NCBI GenBank assembly: GCA_040389905.1
Contig: JAZJZK010000014.1
Span: forward strand, 160,001-224,000
Reading direction: 5' to 3'
DNA from: Gemmatimonadota bacterium
GTDB lineage: Bacteria; Gemmatimonadota; Gemmatimonadetes; Gemmatimonadales; Gemmatimonadaceae
Length of the DNA stretch: 64,000 nucleotides
The translations under genes and the position numbers were made by a program. Numbering within the stretch: position 1 is the first letter of the stretch; each line of letters opens with the position of its first letter. The notes beneath the pieces were generated by a model. It had not been told where the DNA came from. It ran no database searches and saw only the letters and a list, made by a program, of their open reading frames with translations. This document shows, piece by piece, positions 28,255 through 38,731 of the stretch.

Positions 28255-30882
28255 GTGCGACTCCTCTACCGAATCATTCCCCAGCTGCGCGCCATTTTTC
28301 GCGGCAGGCGCGTCGACGCCGACGTGGCCGACGAAATCCAATTCCACATCGATCGCGAGACGGACGCCAACACCTCGCGGGGAATGCCGTTTGACGAGGC
28401 ACGCCGTGTGGCGCGTCTCACGGTCGGAAGTGTCGACGACGCGATGGAAACCGCGCGCGACCAACGGCCTGCGGCGGCGCTTCGGCAAATCATCCGCGAT
28501 CTGCGCTTCGGCATACGACTTCTCGCCAAGTCGCCAGCGTTCGCGGCGGCGGCGGTGACCGTGGTTGCGCTTGGCATTGGTGCCGTCACCGCGATCTTCA
28601 GCGCGGTCTATGGGGTCATGCTTCAGCCGTTGCCGTTCCGCGAGCCGGAGCGGCTGATCAGCATCTGGACCAAAGCACCGACGCTCACGCTCACACGCAT
28701 GTACCCCTCGTCGGCGGACGTGCGCGATTGGCGACAAGGCAGTCATCAGCTGCAAGACATCGCGCTCATTCGCACGACGGCCAACTTCAATCTCGTGGGC
28801 AATGGTGACGCCGAGCGGATCCAGGGCGCGCGTTTCTCACCGAACGTGCTCGCTGTCCTCGGTGTGACACCGGCACTCGGACGCGACTTTCGATCCGACG
28901 AAGACATGGACGGTCACGATCGCGTCGTCATCCTGAGCGACGGACTGTGGCATCGGCGCTTCGGCGGCGACAGCTCCATCCTCGGCCACAGCATTCAACT
29001 CAATGGAGCGCCGTACACGGTCATCGGCGTCATGCCGCCGAGCTTTCAGTATCCAACGCGTGACTTTCAGGCGTGGGTGCCGCTGGTTCTCGATCCCCGC
29101 GAGCGTGACCGGCAAGTCAACCAGAACTACCTCGCCGTCGGCCGCCTTCGCGCAAATGCGACCGTCGCGCAGGCGCAGCGCGAATTGGACGTGATCGCGA
29201 CGCGTCTCGCTATGGAGCACCCTGCGACGAACCGCGACCGCGGTGTGATCGCGGAACCGATGCTCGCGAGCGCTATCCGCGACGTCCAGCCAGCACTGGT
29301 TGCGCTGCTGGCAGCGTCTTCGTGCCTGTTGGTGATCGCGTGCTTGAATCTCTCGAACCTGCTCGCGGCGCGCGCCGCAGCTCGCTCCGGCGAACTCGCC
29401 CTTCGGCTCGCGCTCGGTGCGTCCCGGCAGCGGCTGGTCGCGCAGGCCATCGCGGAGGTGACTCCGGTGCTTGCGCTGGGCGGCATGATTGGCGTTGCCG
29501 CCGCGGTGTTTCTCGTTCGTGCATTCGTGGCCGCAGCACCGCCGAACATGCCACGACTCGAGAGTATCAGCGTCAGCACACCGGTGATCCTCGTCTCGCT
29601 CGCGGTCCTCGTCGTCACGGGATTGCTCGCCAGTGTCATCCCGGCGATGCATGCGTGGCGCGCGGACTTCACGACGATGAGCAAGGATGGTGGGCGCTCC
29701 TCAACGAGTGGCCGCCGCCGAGCGGACGCGCGACGGATTGGCGTGGCAGTGCAAATTGCGTTCGCGGTTCCGTTGCTCGTCGGCGCAAGTCTCCTTGTCC
29801 GCAGCGCGATCAAGCTCGCGGACGTGGATCTCGGATTCAGGCGCGATCGCGTGGCGACATTCCATCTTGCGATCCCGCGCAGCAAATACCCGTCCGACCC
29901 TGAAGTCGCCGCCTTCTACGACCGTCTGCTTCAGGCGATCGCCGGCCTCCCCGGGGTTGAAAAGGCGGGAATGGTAAACCGCCTGCCGCTCGCCGGAAAT
30001 CAGACGATGTCAATCAGCGTCGAGAAGGCGTCTGGCGAGCGCGTCGACATCTCCTCCATCGATTCGCGCCCGGCGACACCCGGCTACTTCGCGGCCATGG
30101 GGATTGCGCTGCGGAGCGGGCGTTCATTCGACGCACGCGACGACGAAACGGGCGTCCCGGTAGCGATCGTCGACGACCGTCTCTCGACGGCAACGTGGCC
30201 CGGTGCGGACGCCGTCGGCAAACGGGTGCAGCGCTTCGACGGGGTCTGGTGCACAGTGATCGGCGTGGTCGCGCACATTCGCGCGAACAGTGTGGACGTC
30301 GATCCCCGTCCGCAGGTGTACTGGAGCCATCATCAGGTCACCCAGGATCGAGTGGTGCTGGTTGTGCGAACGAGCGGCGACGCGCGCGCGCTCATCGACC
30401 CCGTCGGCCAGGCAATCAAGGCGATCGATCCGGAACAACCCGTGTACGACGTGCGCACAATGGACACCGTCGTACAGCGTTCGCTCGTGCAGCGCCGACT
30501 CACGATGATGTTGATCGTCGCATTCGGCGTGATCGCGTTGATTCTCGCGGCGGTAGGCATCTATGGCGTTGTGGCGTACGGTGTGACGCAGCGGTGGCGC
30601 GAGTTCGGCATTCGCGTCGCTCTCGGAGCAACGCGCAGCGAGGTCACGCGACTCGTCCTTCGGGAAGGCATTACAATGGCGTTGACGGGATCGGTCGCCG
30701 GACTCGTTGTTGCCGCGGCGTTACAGGAGCTGATGAGCAGTCTCGTGTTCGGCATTGGCGCGCTGGACGTCGCGAGTCTCGCCGCGGGGCCGCTCGCGCT
30801 ATTCGCTGTCGCGGCGCTCGCCAGCTGCATCCCCGCGTGGAGGGCGTCTGCCGTCGATCCTGCGGTGACGCTCCGTGAATAG
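28255..30882 (+). CDS. Duplicated ABC permease (ADOP/MacB-FtsX type)
   Basis: N-terminal EIQFHID prefix domain, two FtsX-type halves (LVIACLNLSNLL; GIYGVVAYGVTQR.REFGIRVALGA), ends DPAVTLRE; follows padR. Confidence 0.95.
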   Translation: MRLLYRIIPQLRAIFRGRRVDADVADEIQFHIDRETDANTSRGMPFDEARRVARLTVGSVDDAMETARDQRPAAALRQIIRDLRFGIRLLAKSPAFAAAAVTVVALGIGAVTAIFSAVYGVMLQPLPFREPERLISIWTKAPTLTLTRMYPSSADVRDWRQGSHQLQDIALIRTTANFNLVGNGDAERIQGARFSPNVLAVLGVTPALGRDFRSDEDMDGHDRVVILSDGLWHRRFGGDSSILGHSIQLNGAPYTVIGVMPPSFQYPTRDFQAWVPLVLDPRERDRQVNQNYLAVGRLRANATVAQAQRELDVIATRLAMEHPATNRDRGVIAEPMLASAIRDVQPALVALLAASSCLLVIACLNLSNLLAARAAARSGELALRLALGASRQRLVAQAIAEVTPVLALGGMIGVAAAVFLVRAFVAAAPPNMPRLESISVSTPVILVSLAVLVVTGLLASVIPAMHAWRADFTTMSKDGGRSSTSGRRRADARRIGVAVQIAFAVPLLVGASLLVRSAIKLADVDLGFRRDRVATFHLAIPRSKYPSDPEVAAFYDRLLQAIAGLPGVEKAGMVNRLPLAGNQTMSISVEKASGERVDISSIDSRPATPGYFAAMGIALRSGRSFDARDDETGVPVAIVDDRLSTATWPGADAVGKRVQRFDGVWCTVIGVVAHIRANSVDVDPRPQVYWSHHQVTQDRVVLVVRTSGDARALIDPVGQAIKAIDPEQPVYDVRTMDTVVQRSLVQRRLTMMLIVAFGVIALILAAVGIYGVVAYGVTQRWREFGIRVALGATRSEVTRLVLREGITMALTGSVAGLVVAAALQELMSSLVFGIGALDVASLAAGPLALFAVAALASCIPAWRASAVDPAVTLRE

Positions 30883-31046
30883 CTCAGCAAACGCCGCCAC
30901 GACAACCTTGACTCGGCCGCCGAGCCGAGCGTAGCGTGCGGGTGGAATTGGTTCGTGCTGCGTTGAATTGATGACGCTGGCAGATGGTCTCCATGCGATC
31001 CTTGGTGCATGGACACCAGTGCACACTTACCAGGGGATGGTGCGGC

Positions 31047-31607
31047 ATGCCTATGGCCACGCTCGCAAAGCGATGGACGCTCGACGAGCTCCACGCGCTT
31101 CCGGACGACGGGAACAAGTACGAGGTCATTCGCGGGGAGTTGTTCGTGACGCCCGCGCCGACGCCGACGCATGAGACGGTTGTGGCGCGACTGACTCGCA
31201 TTCTCGACGCCTATGTCGAACGCGAGGGGTTGGGCCTGGTCTACCATCCTCGCGCTGTGCTCCAGTTCGAGGATTCTGAAGTCGAGCCGGATCTCATGGT
31301 GCGTCAGGAACACAACGGTGACAGCAGCACATGGGCATCGGCCCCGATCCCGTCGTTGATCGTCGAGGTCTTTTCGCCGAGCACCAAGCGCCGCGACGCG
31401 AAGCAGAAGCGCGATCTCTACATGGAGGCCGGAGTCGGCGAGTACTGGATGGTCGATCCTGAGCGCCGCGTGGTCATCGTGATCAAACCCGGGAAGGAGA
31501 ACACGATCGTCAGCGACGAGCTGTCCTGGCACCCGGACGGCGCGACGACGCCATTGCGGTTTCAGGTCGCGCGCGTGTTCGGCAGCGCGCCGGCGCGCCC
31601 AGCGTAA
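31047..31607 (+). CDS. Uma2/DUF820 family endonuclease
   Basis: YEVIRGEL, VEPDL, LIVEVFSPST...D...KRDLY...GVGEYWMVDP. Confidence 0.93.
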   Translation: MPMATLAKRWTLDELHALPDDGNKYEVIRGELFVTPAPTPTHETVVARLTRILDAYVEREGLGLVYHPRAVLQFEDSEVEPDLMVRQEHNGDSSTWASAPIPSLIVEVFSPSTKRRDAKQKRDLYMEAGVGEYWMVDPERRVVIVIKPGKENTIVSDELSWHPDGATTPLRFQVARVFGSAPARPA

Positions 31608-31648
31608 GCCATTGCTCGTGCCCGACGGCGGGTGCATCCTTTGCGCCC

Positions 31649-33892
31649 ATGAAGATTGCCTGCCTTCGCCACATCGTAGCAACGCTCGCGTTGGCGAGCA
31701 CAGTGACCTCGGCGCCCGCCCCCGCCATGCAACGGGAGACCGCGCGCGACGTTGACCTCGCTGCGGCCGCCGCGTTGATCGCGCGCGTTGTTCCAGGCCA
31801 CTCGCGCGATTTTCGCCTGGAGATCATCGCCGACAGCAACGGCCTCGATGTGTTCGAGGTTGATCGCGCCGCCGGCCGCGTCGTTCTCCGCGGATCGTCC
31901 GGCGTGGCGATTGCGTCCGCGCTGAACTGGTATCTCGAGAATGTTGCACACGTCAATGTGTCCGTGCCGTTGCGGCCCGTGCGCCTCACCTCATTACCGC
32001 TGGGCGCGGCCAAGGTCCGCATCGCCACACCGTATGCCAAACGATACTTCTTCAACTACTGCACCTTCTCCTACTCCATGGCGTGGTGGGACTGGGCGCA
32101 GTGGGAGCAGATGATCGACTGGATGGCGCTCAAGGGTATCAACACGCCGCTCGCGGTTACAGGCCAGGAAGCCGTGTGGCGGCTCGTGCTCCGCGATCTG
32201 GGATACAGCCGAAAGCAGCGCGACGATTTTCTCGTAGGCCCCGCGTATTTCCCATGGGGTTGGATGGGCAACATCGACGGACTCGGCGGCCCATTGCCGG
32301 ACTCGTGGATCGACAGTCACATTGCGCTCGAGCGTCGCATCCTCGCGCGTGAACGCTCGCTCGGCATGACGCCGGTGTTGCAGGGCTTTACCGGTCATGT
32401 GCCGGAATCGACGAAGGATGTCTTCCCGAATGCAAAGCTGCACAAGACGGGCGACTGGTCCGCCGGCTTCACGGGTACCTGGTTCATCGATCCGCTCGAT
32501 CCGCTTTTTCAACGCTTCGGCAAACGATTCATCGAGCGACAGGCGGAGCTTTTCGGCACGGACCACCTGTACGCCGCCGACCCGTTCAACGAGATCGATC
32601 CCCCATCGAACGACTCGACCTTCCTCGCGGGGATGGGTCGCGCGATCTACTCAGGGATGCAGTCCGCGGATTCGAACGCAACGTGGGTGCTTCAGGGCTG
32701 GTTTCTCTACTATCAGGCAAAGTTCTGGCAAGAGCCGCAGGCGCGCGCGCTACTGGGGGCTGTTCCCGACGATCGCATGATCGTGCTCGACTTGTGGGGC
32801 GATCGCTATCCAGTGTGGCAGAAGCGCCAGGCATTCTACGGGAAACCGTGGATCTGGAACGTGCTGTACAATTTCGGCGGAAAGACGAGCCTGAATGGCG
32901 ACCTCCCGCACATTGCCGCCAATCTCGATAGCGTCCGCCGGAGTCCGGCGAAGGGCCGCCTGTTGGGGCTCGGCATGATGATGGAGGGGCTGGGCACGAA
33001 CCCGGTGGTTCCTGATTTCGTGATGGACCAAACGTGGCGCACGAGCGTGCCGGCGTTGCGTGAGTGGACGGCGACCTATGTGTCGCGACGCTACGGCGCC
33101 CAGAATGCATCCGCGCAGAGCACCTGGGAGCAGCTGCTCGCCACCGCGTACAAGTCGCCGACGCAGACGGGCAATTTTCTGGCCGAGCGTCCGGGCTTCT
33201 ATGTAAAGGGAACATCGTATCGTTCCGAACCGACGGCGCCATACGACCGCAGGCTCCTTGCGGCGGCGCTCGATACGTTGCTCAACGCGGCACCGGCGTT
33301 GGGCCGCAACGACGCGTACCGGTACGACGTCGTCAACCTGACGCGTCAAGTGCTCGGCCAACTCGCGTTGCCGCTCGTGAACCAGGTGCAGGATGCGTTT
33401 GTCCGAAAGGACCGCCCGGCACTGCGCTCGAGCGAACAGCGCGTGCTCGCGTTACTGACCGATCTCGATGAGCTTGTTGGCACGCGCGAGGAGTTCCTGC
33501 TCGGACGTTGGATTGCCGACGCGAAGCGGTGGGGCACGACGGACGCGGAGCGGCACCTGTACGAGTGGAACGCGCGAAACATCGTGACGCTGTGGGGCAC
33601 GAAGTGTACTGAGGGGCAGAACGACGACCTGAACCTCTACGCGTACAAGGAATGGCAAGGGATGTTCACCTCGTACTTCAAGCCGCGTTGGCAGGAGTTC
33701 TTCACTCGGCTCAACCACTCGGTCGAGACGGGCGCTCCATTCGAGCGTGCGTCGTTCGCGACGGATATGTGCGCATGGGAGCAAGCGTGGTCTCGGCAAA
33801 CGGCTGCGTTCCCAATACGGCCAACGGGCGACGCCATTGCTGTTGCGCGGCGGCTCGTAAGCGCGTATCGCAACTTCCTCGACAGTCCCTGA
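31649..33892 (+). CDS. Alpha-N-acetylglucosaminidase (GH89)
   Basis: YFFNYCTFSYSMAWWDW, IDWMALKGIN, DPFNE, NFGG, MEG, NARNIVTLWG. Confidence 0.96.
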   Translation: MKIACLRHIVATLALASTVTSAPAPAMQRETARDVDLAAAAALIARVVPGHSRDFRLEIIADSNGLDVFEVDRAAGRVVLRGSSGVAIASALNWYLENVAHVNVSVPLRPVRLTSLPLGAAKVRIATPYAKRYFFNYCTFSYSMAWWDWAQWEQMIDWMALKGINTPLAVTGQEAVWRLVLRDLGYSRKQRDDFLVGPAYFPWGWMGNIDGLGGPLPDSWIDSHIALERRILARERSLGMTPVLQGFTGHVPESTKDVFPNAKLHKTGDWSAGFTGTWFIDPLDPLFQRFGKRFIERQAELFGTDHLYAADPFNEIDPPSNDSTFLAGMGRAIYSGMQSADSNATWVLQGWFLYYQAKFWQEPQARALLGAVPDDRMIVLDLWGDRYPVWQKRQAFYGKPWIWNVLYNFGGKTSLNGDLPHIAANLDSVRRSPAKGRLLGLGMMMEGLGTNPVVPDFVMDQTWRTSVPALREWTATYVSRRYGAQNASAQSTWEQLLATAYKSPTQTGNFLAERPGFYVKGTSYRSEPTAPYDRRLLAAALDTLLNAAPALGRNDAYRYDVVNLTRQVLGQLALPLVNQVQDAFVRKDRPALRSSEQRVLALLTDLDELVGTREEFLLGRWIADAKRWGTTDAERHLYEWNARNIVTLWGTKCTEGQNDDLNLYAYKEWQGMFTSYFKPRWQEFFTRLNHSVETGAPFERASFATDMCAWEQAWSRQTAAFPIRPTGDAIAVARRLVSAYRNFLDSP

Positions 33893-33906
33893 CTTGCGCG
33901 CCGGAC

Positions 33907-34050
33907 ATCAGCTATGTCAGGTGCTCAGTGATCAGCCGCAGCCAACAGAGCTTCAGGGGGTGTGGCAGTCCGGGTGCGATGCGCCAGAGCGCCACAGCAA
34001 CTGTCACTCTGTAGGCCGTGGCTGGCTACTGAGCACCTGCCTCATCTGAT
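33907..34050. repeat. Palindromic element family C between convergent genes
   Basis: About 43-bp imperfect arms (caggtgctcagt / actgagcacctg cores). May act as a bidirectional terminator. Confidence 0.75.
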
Positions 34051-34098
34051 TCCCGCCCTATTCCTCGTCGGTCGCTCGCCGTTCGAAAGGCCGCCGCG

Positions 34099-37000
34099 CT
34101 AAGAGGGGAGTGTCTCCAACGCATGCCGCAACTGCTCATACCGCTCTCGGTGCTCGTGCAGCAGCGGCGCGTTCACTTGCACCAGAATCTGGTCCACTTC
34201 CTTCACCAGTGCGGCTGCCTCATCGATGTTCCCGACGCGCGCGACGACCTCCGCCGCACGCGCGAGTCCGGTTGCGACTCCCAACGGGTCGTTGATGGCG
34301 CGCGCGATTTCGAGACTCTCCACGTGTGCTGCCAGTGCCTCCTCCTCCCGGCCTCCCACCATCAATGCGTCGCCGAGCACCGTGAGCGCGCTCATAAGAC
34401 CCCAGCGGTCTCCGAGTTCACGAAACACCGGAATGCTCGTGCGCTCGAGCGCTCCGAGCGCCAGATCCGCATTGCCAGCTTCGAGGTCGACGCCCGCCTG
34501 CACACGCATGTTGAAGGCAAGCAATTGACGCTCACCCAGTGATTCGAATGTCGTTCGTGCCTCTTCGAGCAGTGCCCTCGCCTGATCGTTTTCGTGCAAA
34601 CCCGAAAGCGCCCATGCGAGCGTGGTTTGCGTAAAGGCGATGTTCCGCCGATCGCCAACTCGTTGCCGGATGGCGAGGGACTCTTCGAGTGCCCCAACGG
34701 CGCTTGCGAGATCGCCGACGAATAGCGCCGTCCAACCAAGATTGTTCAGCGCCTGGCCTGCTCCACGATCGTCCCCAAGTGCGCGGTGCAGGGCGAGACT
34801 CTCCAGCGACAGCGCTCGTGCCTCGGCGAACCGGCACCGTCGCCAATCGATCCACCCCATGCTCGCCAGGCTGGAGGCTTCGCCGTGGCGATCGCCGGCC
34901 GCGCGCCACAGCGCGAGGGCCTGCTCGGTCGCGAGGAACGCGTTTGCGTAATCGCCCTGATTCTGGGCGAGGGTGGACGCCGCCGCGTGGAGCCGAGCGC
35001 GAACCTCTGGCGGGAGCGCGGCGCCAAGCGCGAGCGCCCGTGCAATCCACTCGCGCCCTTCCGTCCACCGGCCGCGCACCAGCCACGTTCGCCAGAGCGC
35101 AAGCACCAGCTCCGCGAGCGCAGGCGCGTCCCCCGCGCGGTGCGCGCCGTCGAGTGCAAGGCCCAGATTGTCATGCTCGCGGTGAGTGATGACGAGCGCT
35201 GCCGCCGATGACTCTCCCTCGCTCGCTGTTGACAGACCCACGGCGAGTAACCTGAAGTGCGTGCGATGACGAGCCCAGACCTCGTCGGAATCGGGTGACT
35301 CCCGGAGCCGTGCACGTCCGAATTCTCGCACGCTCTCGAGCATGAAAAATCGAGGTTGTCCGTCGTCGTCGTCGCCGCGTTGGCGCAGCAGGCTCGCATC
35401 GACAAGGATCTGTGCCAGCTCCAGTAACTCGATCTCACTGCAGGCCACCACGGCCGCCGCCGCGTTTAGCGACGCGCCTCCGGCAAACACGGCGAGCTGC
35501 GCGAAGACCACGCGTTCTCGTGGTCCAAGAAGGTCATAGCTCCACGCGATGGTCGCCTCGAGTGTTCGCTGCCGCGATGGAAGGTCGCGTGCGCCGCCGG
35601 TCAGAACGTCGAAACGTTGATCGAGCCGAGAGAGAAGATTGCGCGGTGACAGCAGGCGACAGCGGGCGGCCGCGAGCTCGATCGCGAGCGGCAACCCGTC
35701 GAGTCGGCGACAGATCTCGACGATCGCCGCATAGTCGTCGTCTGGCGAAAAATCACTCTTCGCTTCCGTGGCGCGCTGCACGAACAAACGCACCGCCGGT
35801 GATGACTCAGCCGTGACAGTGCCGACTCCGTCGGGGACGGCGAGCGGCGCGACGAAGAACTCGTGCTCGCCGCGCACACGCAATGGGGCGCGACTCGTGG
35901 CCAGCACCGTCATCTTCGGACAACTCGCGATCAGCTTGGCGATGTCAGGCGCGGCCGCCGTGATCTGCTCGAGGTTGTCGAGGACGAGTATCATGCGCCG
36001 CGCGCCCACGACCCGTACGAGGGTTTCCAACGTCGACCGCCCTTCGGCATCACGCGCACCAACTGCGGACGCAATCGTCGGAAGCGCGAGCAGTGGATCC
36101 GTGATCGCCGAAAGATCGACGAACTGCGCGCTCTCGAAGTGCGCACCAATGTTGGAAACAAGCCGGAGCGCGAGGCGAGTCTTACCGCTTCCGCCAGAGC
36201 CGGTGAGCGTGATCAACCGGATATCCGCCCGCAGCGCGAGCGCCGCAAGCGCGCTGAGCTCCCGGTCTCTCCCAATCAGTTCGCCAGGTGGCTCCGAAGG
36301 AAAGGATGACGACTCCAGTGCGTCGCGATCGGCGAGCGCGCGCGCAATGGCGTCGGCGAGCGCACGTGCTGTCTCGTGGCGTGCCGCGGGGTCGGTCGAC
36401 AGAGCTCTCGCCAGCTCCACATTGAGGGCATCCGGCAGTTCCGGCCGCAAATGCGCCACACTCGGCGGGTCCTCGACGAATCGCTTGGCGAGCGTCGCCT
36501 GCACGGTCGCGCCGATCCACGGCGGACGGCCCGTGAACATCTCGAACGCGATGCACGCCAGGGAGAAGATGTCGCTTCGCGCGTCGATGTCGGCGTCGCC
36601 GGTGGCCTGCTCGGGACTCATATACGCCGGCGTGCCGACGGCGTGGCCATGCTGTGTCAGCGTTTGCTCGCCCGGCGCTCGCGTCGTGTGCGCAATGCCG
36701 AAATCCATCACCGACGCGTGCCCCTCGCTCAGCAGTACGTTCTCGGGCTTGATGTCGCGATGAATCACGCCGCGCTGGTGCGCGTGTTGAAGCGCCTCGG
36801 CGATCTCGCCGACGAGGTGCGTCACCAGCGCCGGTGGAAGCGGCCCGTCGCGCACCAAACGCTCACGCAGCGTTTCACCCTCGACGAACGGCATCACGTA
36901 GTAGAGCGTGCCGTCCATCTCGCCGGAGTCGAACAGCGGCAAAATGTGCGGATGCCGGAGATTGGCGGTCACGAGGATTTCGCGCGCGAGCCGCTCCGCA

Positions 37001-37872
37001 CCGATGGCAGCGCTGAGTTCCGGATGCAGCATCTTGATTGCGACGGCGCGATCATGCTTGACATCGCGCGCCAGAAACACGACGGCCATGCCACCGCGTC
37101 CAATCTCGCGCTCGATGCGATAGCGGCCGGCAAACGCCGAGGCGAGCGGAGGCTCGTCCGGGACGACGCGCAGTCGCTCCACGAGCGTCGTGACGTCGTC
37201 ACTCGGCTCCACATCCAGCTCTTCGCGGACGAGCCGGGCGTATCGCTCGGCGTAACGGATCGCGCTGGTGCGCTCACCGGAGCGCGCCAGCGCGGATACC
37301 AATCCGACTGCGCCGATGGTGCGCAACGGATCGAGTGCGGCAAGGCGTTGCCACCAACGGACTGCCGCGGCATGGTCGCCTGCTGCATCGGCGGTGACCG
37401 CGAGTCGCTCGAGCGATTGCTGCGCCACGCTCGCGTATCGCGCACGTTGGTCCTCTACCCAGCGCTCGAAATCGGGAGCGTCGTTGAGGTACACGCCGTC
37501 GAGAAAGGGCCCGGTGTGCAGATCTGCGACGGCCTGGTCATCACCAGCAGCCACGGCAGCGATCAGAAGCTCGACGTCGCTCGGAAGGACGCGCGCGTCG
37601 AGGCGAAGATCCTCGCCTCCCTCCGTCAACGAGGCGCCACCGCAGTCCTGCCGCAGCGCGTAGAGCGCTTGTGAGAGCGCCTGACGTCCCCGCGGTTCGT
37701 CCACGTCTGGCCACAGCAGTCCGAGCAACTTGGCCCGCGTCACGCCGCGCTCACCGGCCACCGCAAGTACGGCCAGCAGCGCGAGGCGCCGCTTCTGCTG
37801 ACCGGCTCCCCTGAGGTCGCCGTCCGACCGCGTGAGCCGCAGACCCCCGAAAGTGTTGAGCCGCAACGACAT
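34099..37872 (-). CDS. BTAD + Ser/Thr kinase + STAND (NB-ARC-like) ATPase + TPR fusion protein
   Basis: SARP-like N-terminus (LLWPD, GPFLDG, WVEDQR); kinase motifs (GRGGMA, HRDIKPEN, DFG); Walker A GSGGSGKT; Walker B LVLDN; LDGLPLAIELAA; C-terminal TPR repeats. Confidence 0.92.
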   Translation of the reverse strand: MSLRLNTFGGLRLTRSDGDLRGAGQQKRRLALLAVLAVAGERGVTRAKLLGLLWPDVDEPRGRQALSQALYALRQDCGGASLTEGGEDLRLDARVLPSDVELLIAAVAAGDDQAVADLHTGPFLDGVYLNDAPDFERWVEDQRARYASVAQQSLERLAVTADAAGDHAAAVRWWQRLAALDPLRTIGAVGLVSALARSGERTSAIRYAERYARLVREELDVEPSDDVTTLVERLRVVPDEPPLASAFAGRYRIEREIGRGGMAVVFLARDVKHDRAVAIKMLHPELSAAIGAERLAREILVTANLRHPHILPLFDSGEMDGTLYYVMPFVEGETLRERLVRDGPLPPALVTHLVGEIAEALQHAHQRGVIHRDIKPENVLLSEGHASVMDFGIAHTTRAPGEQTLTQHGHAVGTPAYMSPEQATGDADIDARSDIFSLACIAFEMFTGRPPWIGATVQATLAKRFVEDPPSVAHLRPELPDALNVELARALSTDPAARHETARALADAIARALADRDALESSSFPSEPPGELIGRDRELSALAALALRADIRLITLTGSGGSGKTRLALRLVSNIGAHFESAQFVDLSAITDPLLALPTIASAVGARDAEGRSTLETLVRVVGARRMILVLDNLEQITAAAPDIAKLIASCPKMTVLATSRAPLRVRGEHEFFVAPLAVPDGVGTVTAESSPAVRLFVQRATEAKSDFSPDDDYAAIVEICRRLDGLPLAIELAAARCRLLSPRNLLSRLDQRFDVLTGGARDLPSRQRTLEATIAWSYDLLGPRERVVFAQLAVFAGGASLNAAAAVVACSEIELLELAQILVDASLLRQRGDDDDGQPRFFMLESVREFGRARLRESPDSDEVWARHRTHFRLLAVGLSTASEGESSAAALVITHREHDNLGLALDGAHRAGDAPALAELVLALWRTWLVRGRWTEGREWIARALALGAALPPEVRARLHAAASTLAQNQGDYANAFLATEQALALWRAAGDRHGEASSLASMGWIDWRRCRFAEARALSLESLALHRALGDDRGAGQALNNLGWTALFVGDLASAVGALEESLAIRQRVGDRRNIAFTQTTLAWALSGLHENDQARALLEEARTTFESLGERQLLAFNMRVQAGVDLEAGNADLALGALERTSIPVFRELGDRWGLMSALTVLGDALMVGGREEEALAAHVESLEIARAINDPLGVATGLARAAEVVARVGNIDEAAALVKEVDQILVQVNAPLLHEHRERYEQLRHALETLPS

Positions 37873-38001
37873 CGGAGTCTTCGCTCGCCCGTCTGGACGC
37901 AAGTGAGAATCAGGTGAGACCTGCGGACTATCCTACCGTCGCATCCAATGCATCGGCAAGTGTGCCGAGCCTTCGACCCCCCTTCGCGAGGACATGATCC
38001 C

Positions 38002-38415
38002 ATGACCAGTATTCCCGCCATCGAGCCAATCAACGTCCAGACGACCGGTGTGCATCATGTCGCCATCAGGTCGACTGACATCGCGCGGTCGCGCCTGTTC
38101 TATCTGGAGCAGCTTGGCTTCACCCTCCTGTTGGAGACGCCAGAGATGTTCATCTTCGCCGCCGGCGGCACGGCGTTCGCCGTCCGCGCTCCCGATGCGC
38201 GCACCCAGGGCGGCGACACATTCGATCCCTTCCGCGTCGGGCTCGACCACATCGCGCTGGCCTGTACCGATGCGCAGGAGCTGCGCCGCGTAACGGACGG
38301 TTTGTGTGCTGCGGGCATCGAGAACACCGGCGTGAAGACCGATCCGACGCTCGGCAAGGAGTACGTCGCGTTCAAGGACCCAGACGGAATCAAATGGGAA
38401 CTGTACATGGCATGA
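38002..38415 (+). CDS. VOC/glyoxalase family protein
   Basis: VHHVAIR, LDHIAL, FKDPDGIKWELY; GAGG RBS. Confidence 0.93.
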   Translation: MTSIPAIEPINVQTTGVHHVAIRSTDIARSRLFYLEQLGFTLLLETPEMFIFAAGGTAFAVRAPDARTQGGDTFDPFRVGLDHIALACTDAQELRRVTDGLCAAGIENTGVKTDPTLGKEYVAFKDPDGIKWELYMA

Positions 38416-38670
38416 GGGCCGGACCTCGGCCAACTCCGGGCCCGGGCTGCCCAGCTGATAACTGAGGATGGAGGCGGGGCTCGTGCCCGGGCCAACCGCG
38501 GGCTGGGGCGCGGGCTGGGGCGAGGGCCGGGGCTGGGGCTTGCCTGCAGGCTCGGGCAGGGGCTCGGGCTCGGGCTCGGGGCTGACATCTAAGGCTTGGG
38601 CCCGGGCCCAGCCCCAAGCCTGCAGGTCGGCCCGAGCCCGAGCCACAGCCCCCGCCCGCGGCCCCCATCC
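38416..38670. repeat. GC-rich (GGGCTC/GAGCCC)n inverted simple-repeat tract
   Basis: Runs of gggctc/gggctg are followed by their reverse complement gagccc/cagccc, between convergent genes. Confidence 0.7.
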
Positions 38671-38731
38671 CTAGTTACCAGCGTTTCAGTCTGTCAGCTG
38701 TCATCTGTCATCCGTGAGCCCACTAACGTCG

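Noticed and set aside
31047..31607. Uma2 nuclease as a defence system or mobiliser of the repeats
   Set aside because: A lone gene of a commonly expanded family, with no methylase, partner gene or flanking repeat arms.
37933..38674. Pro/Gly-rich ORFs (PEPEPEP, GSGSG)
   Set aside because: They arise from the (GGGCTC)n tract and the antisense strand of the VOC gene.
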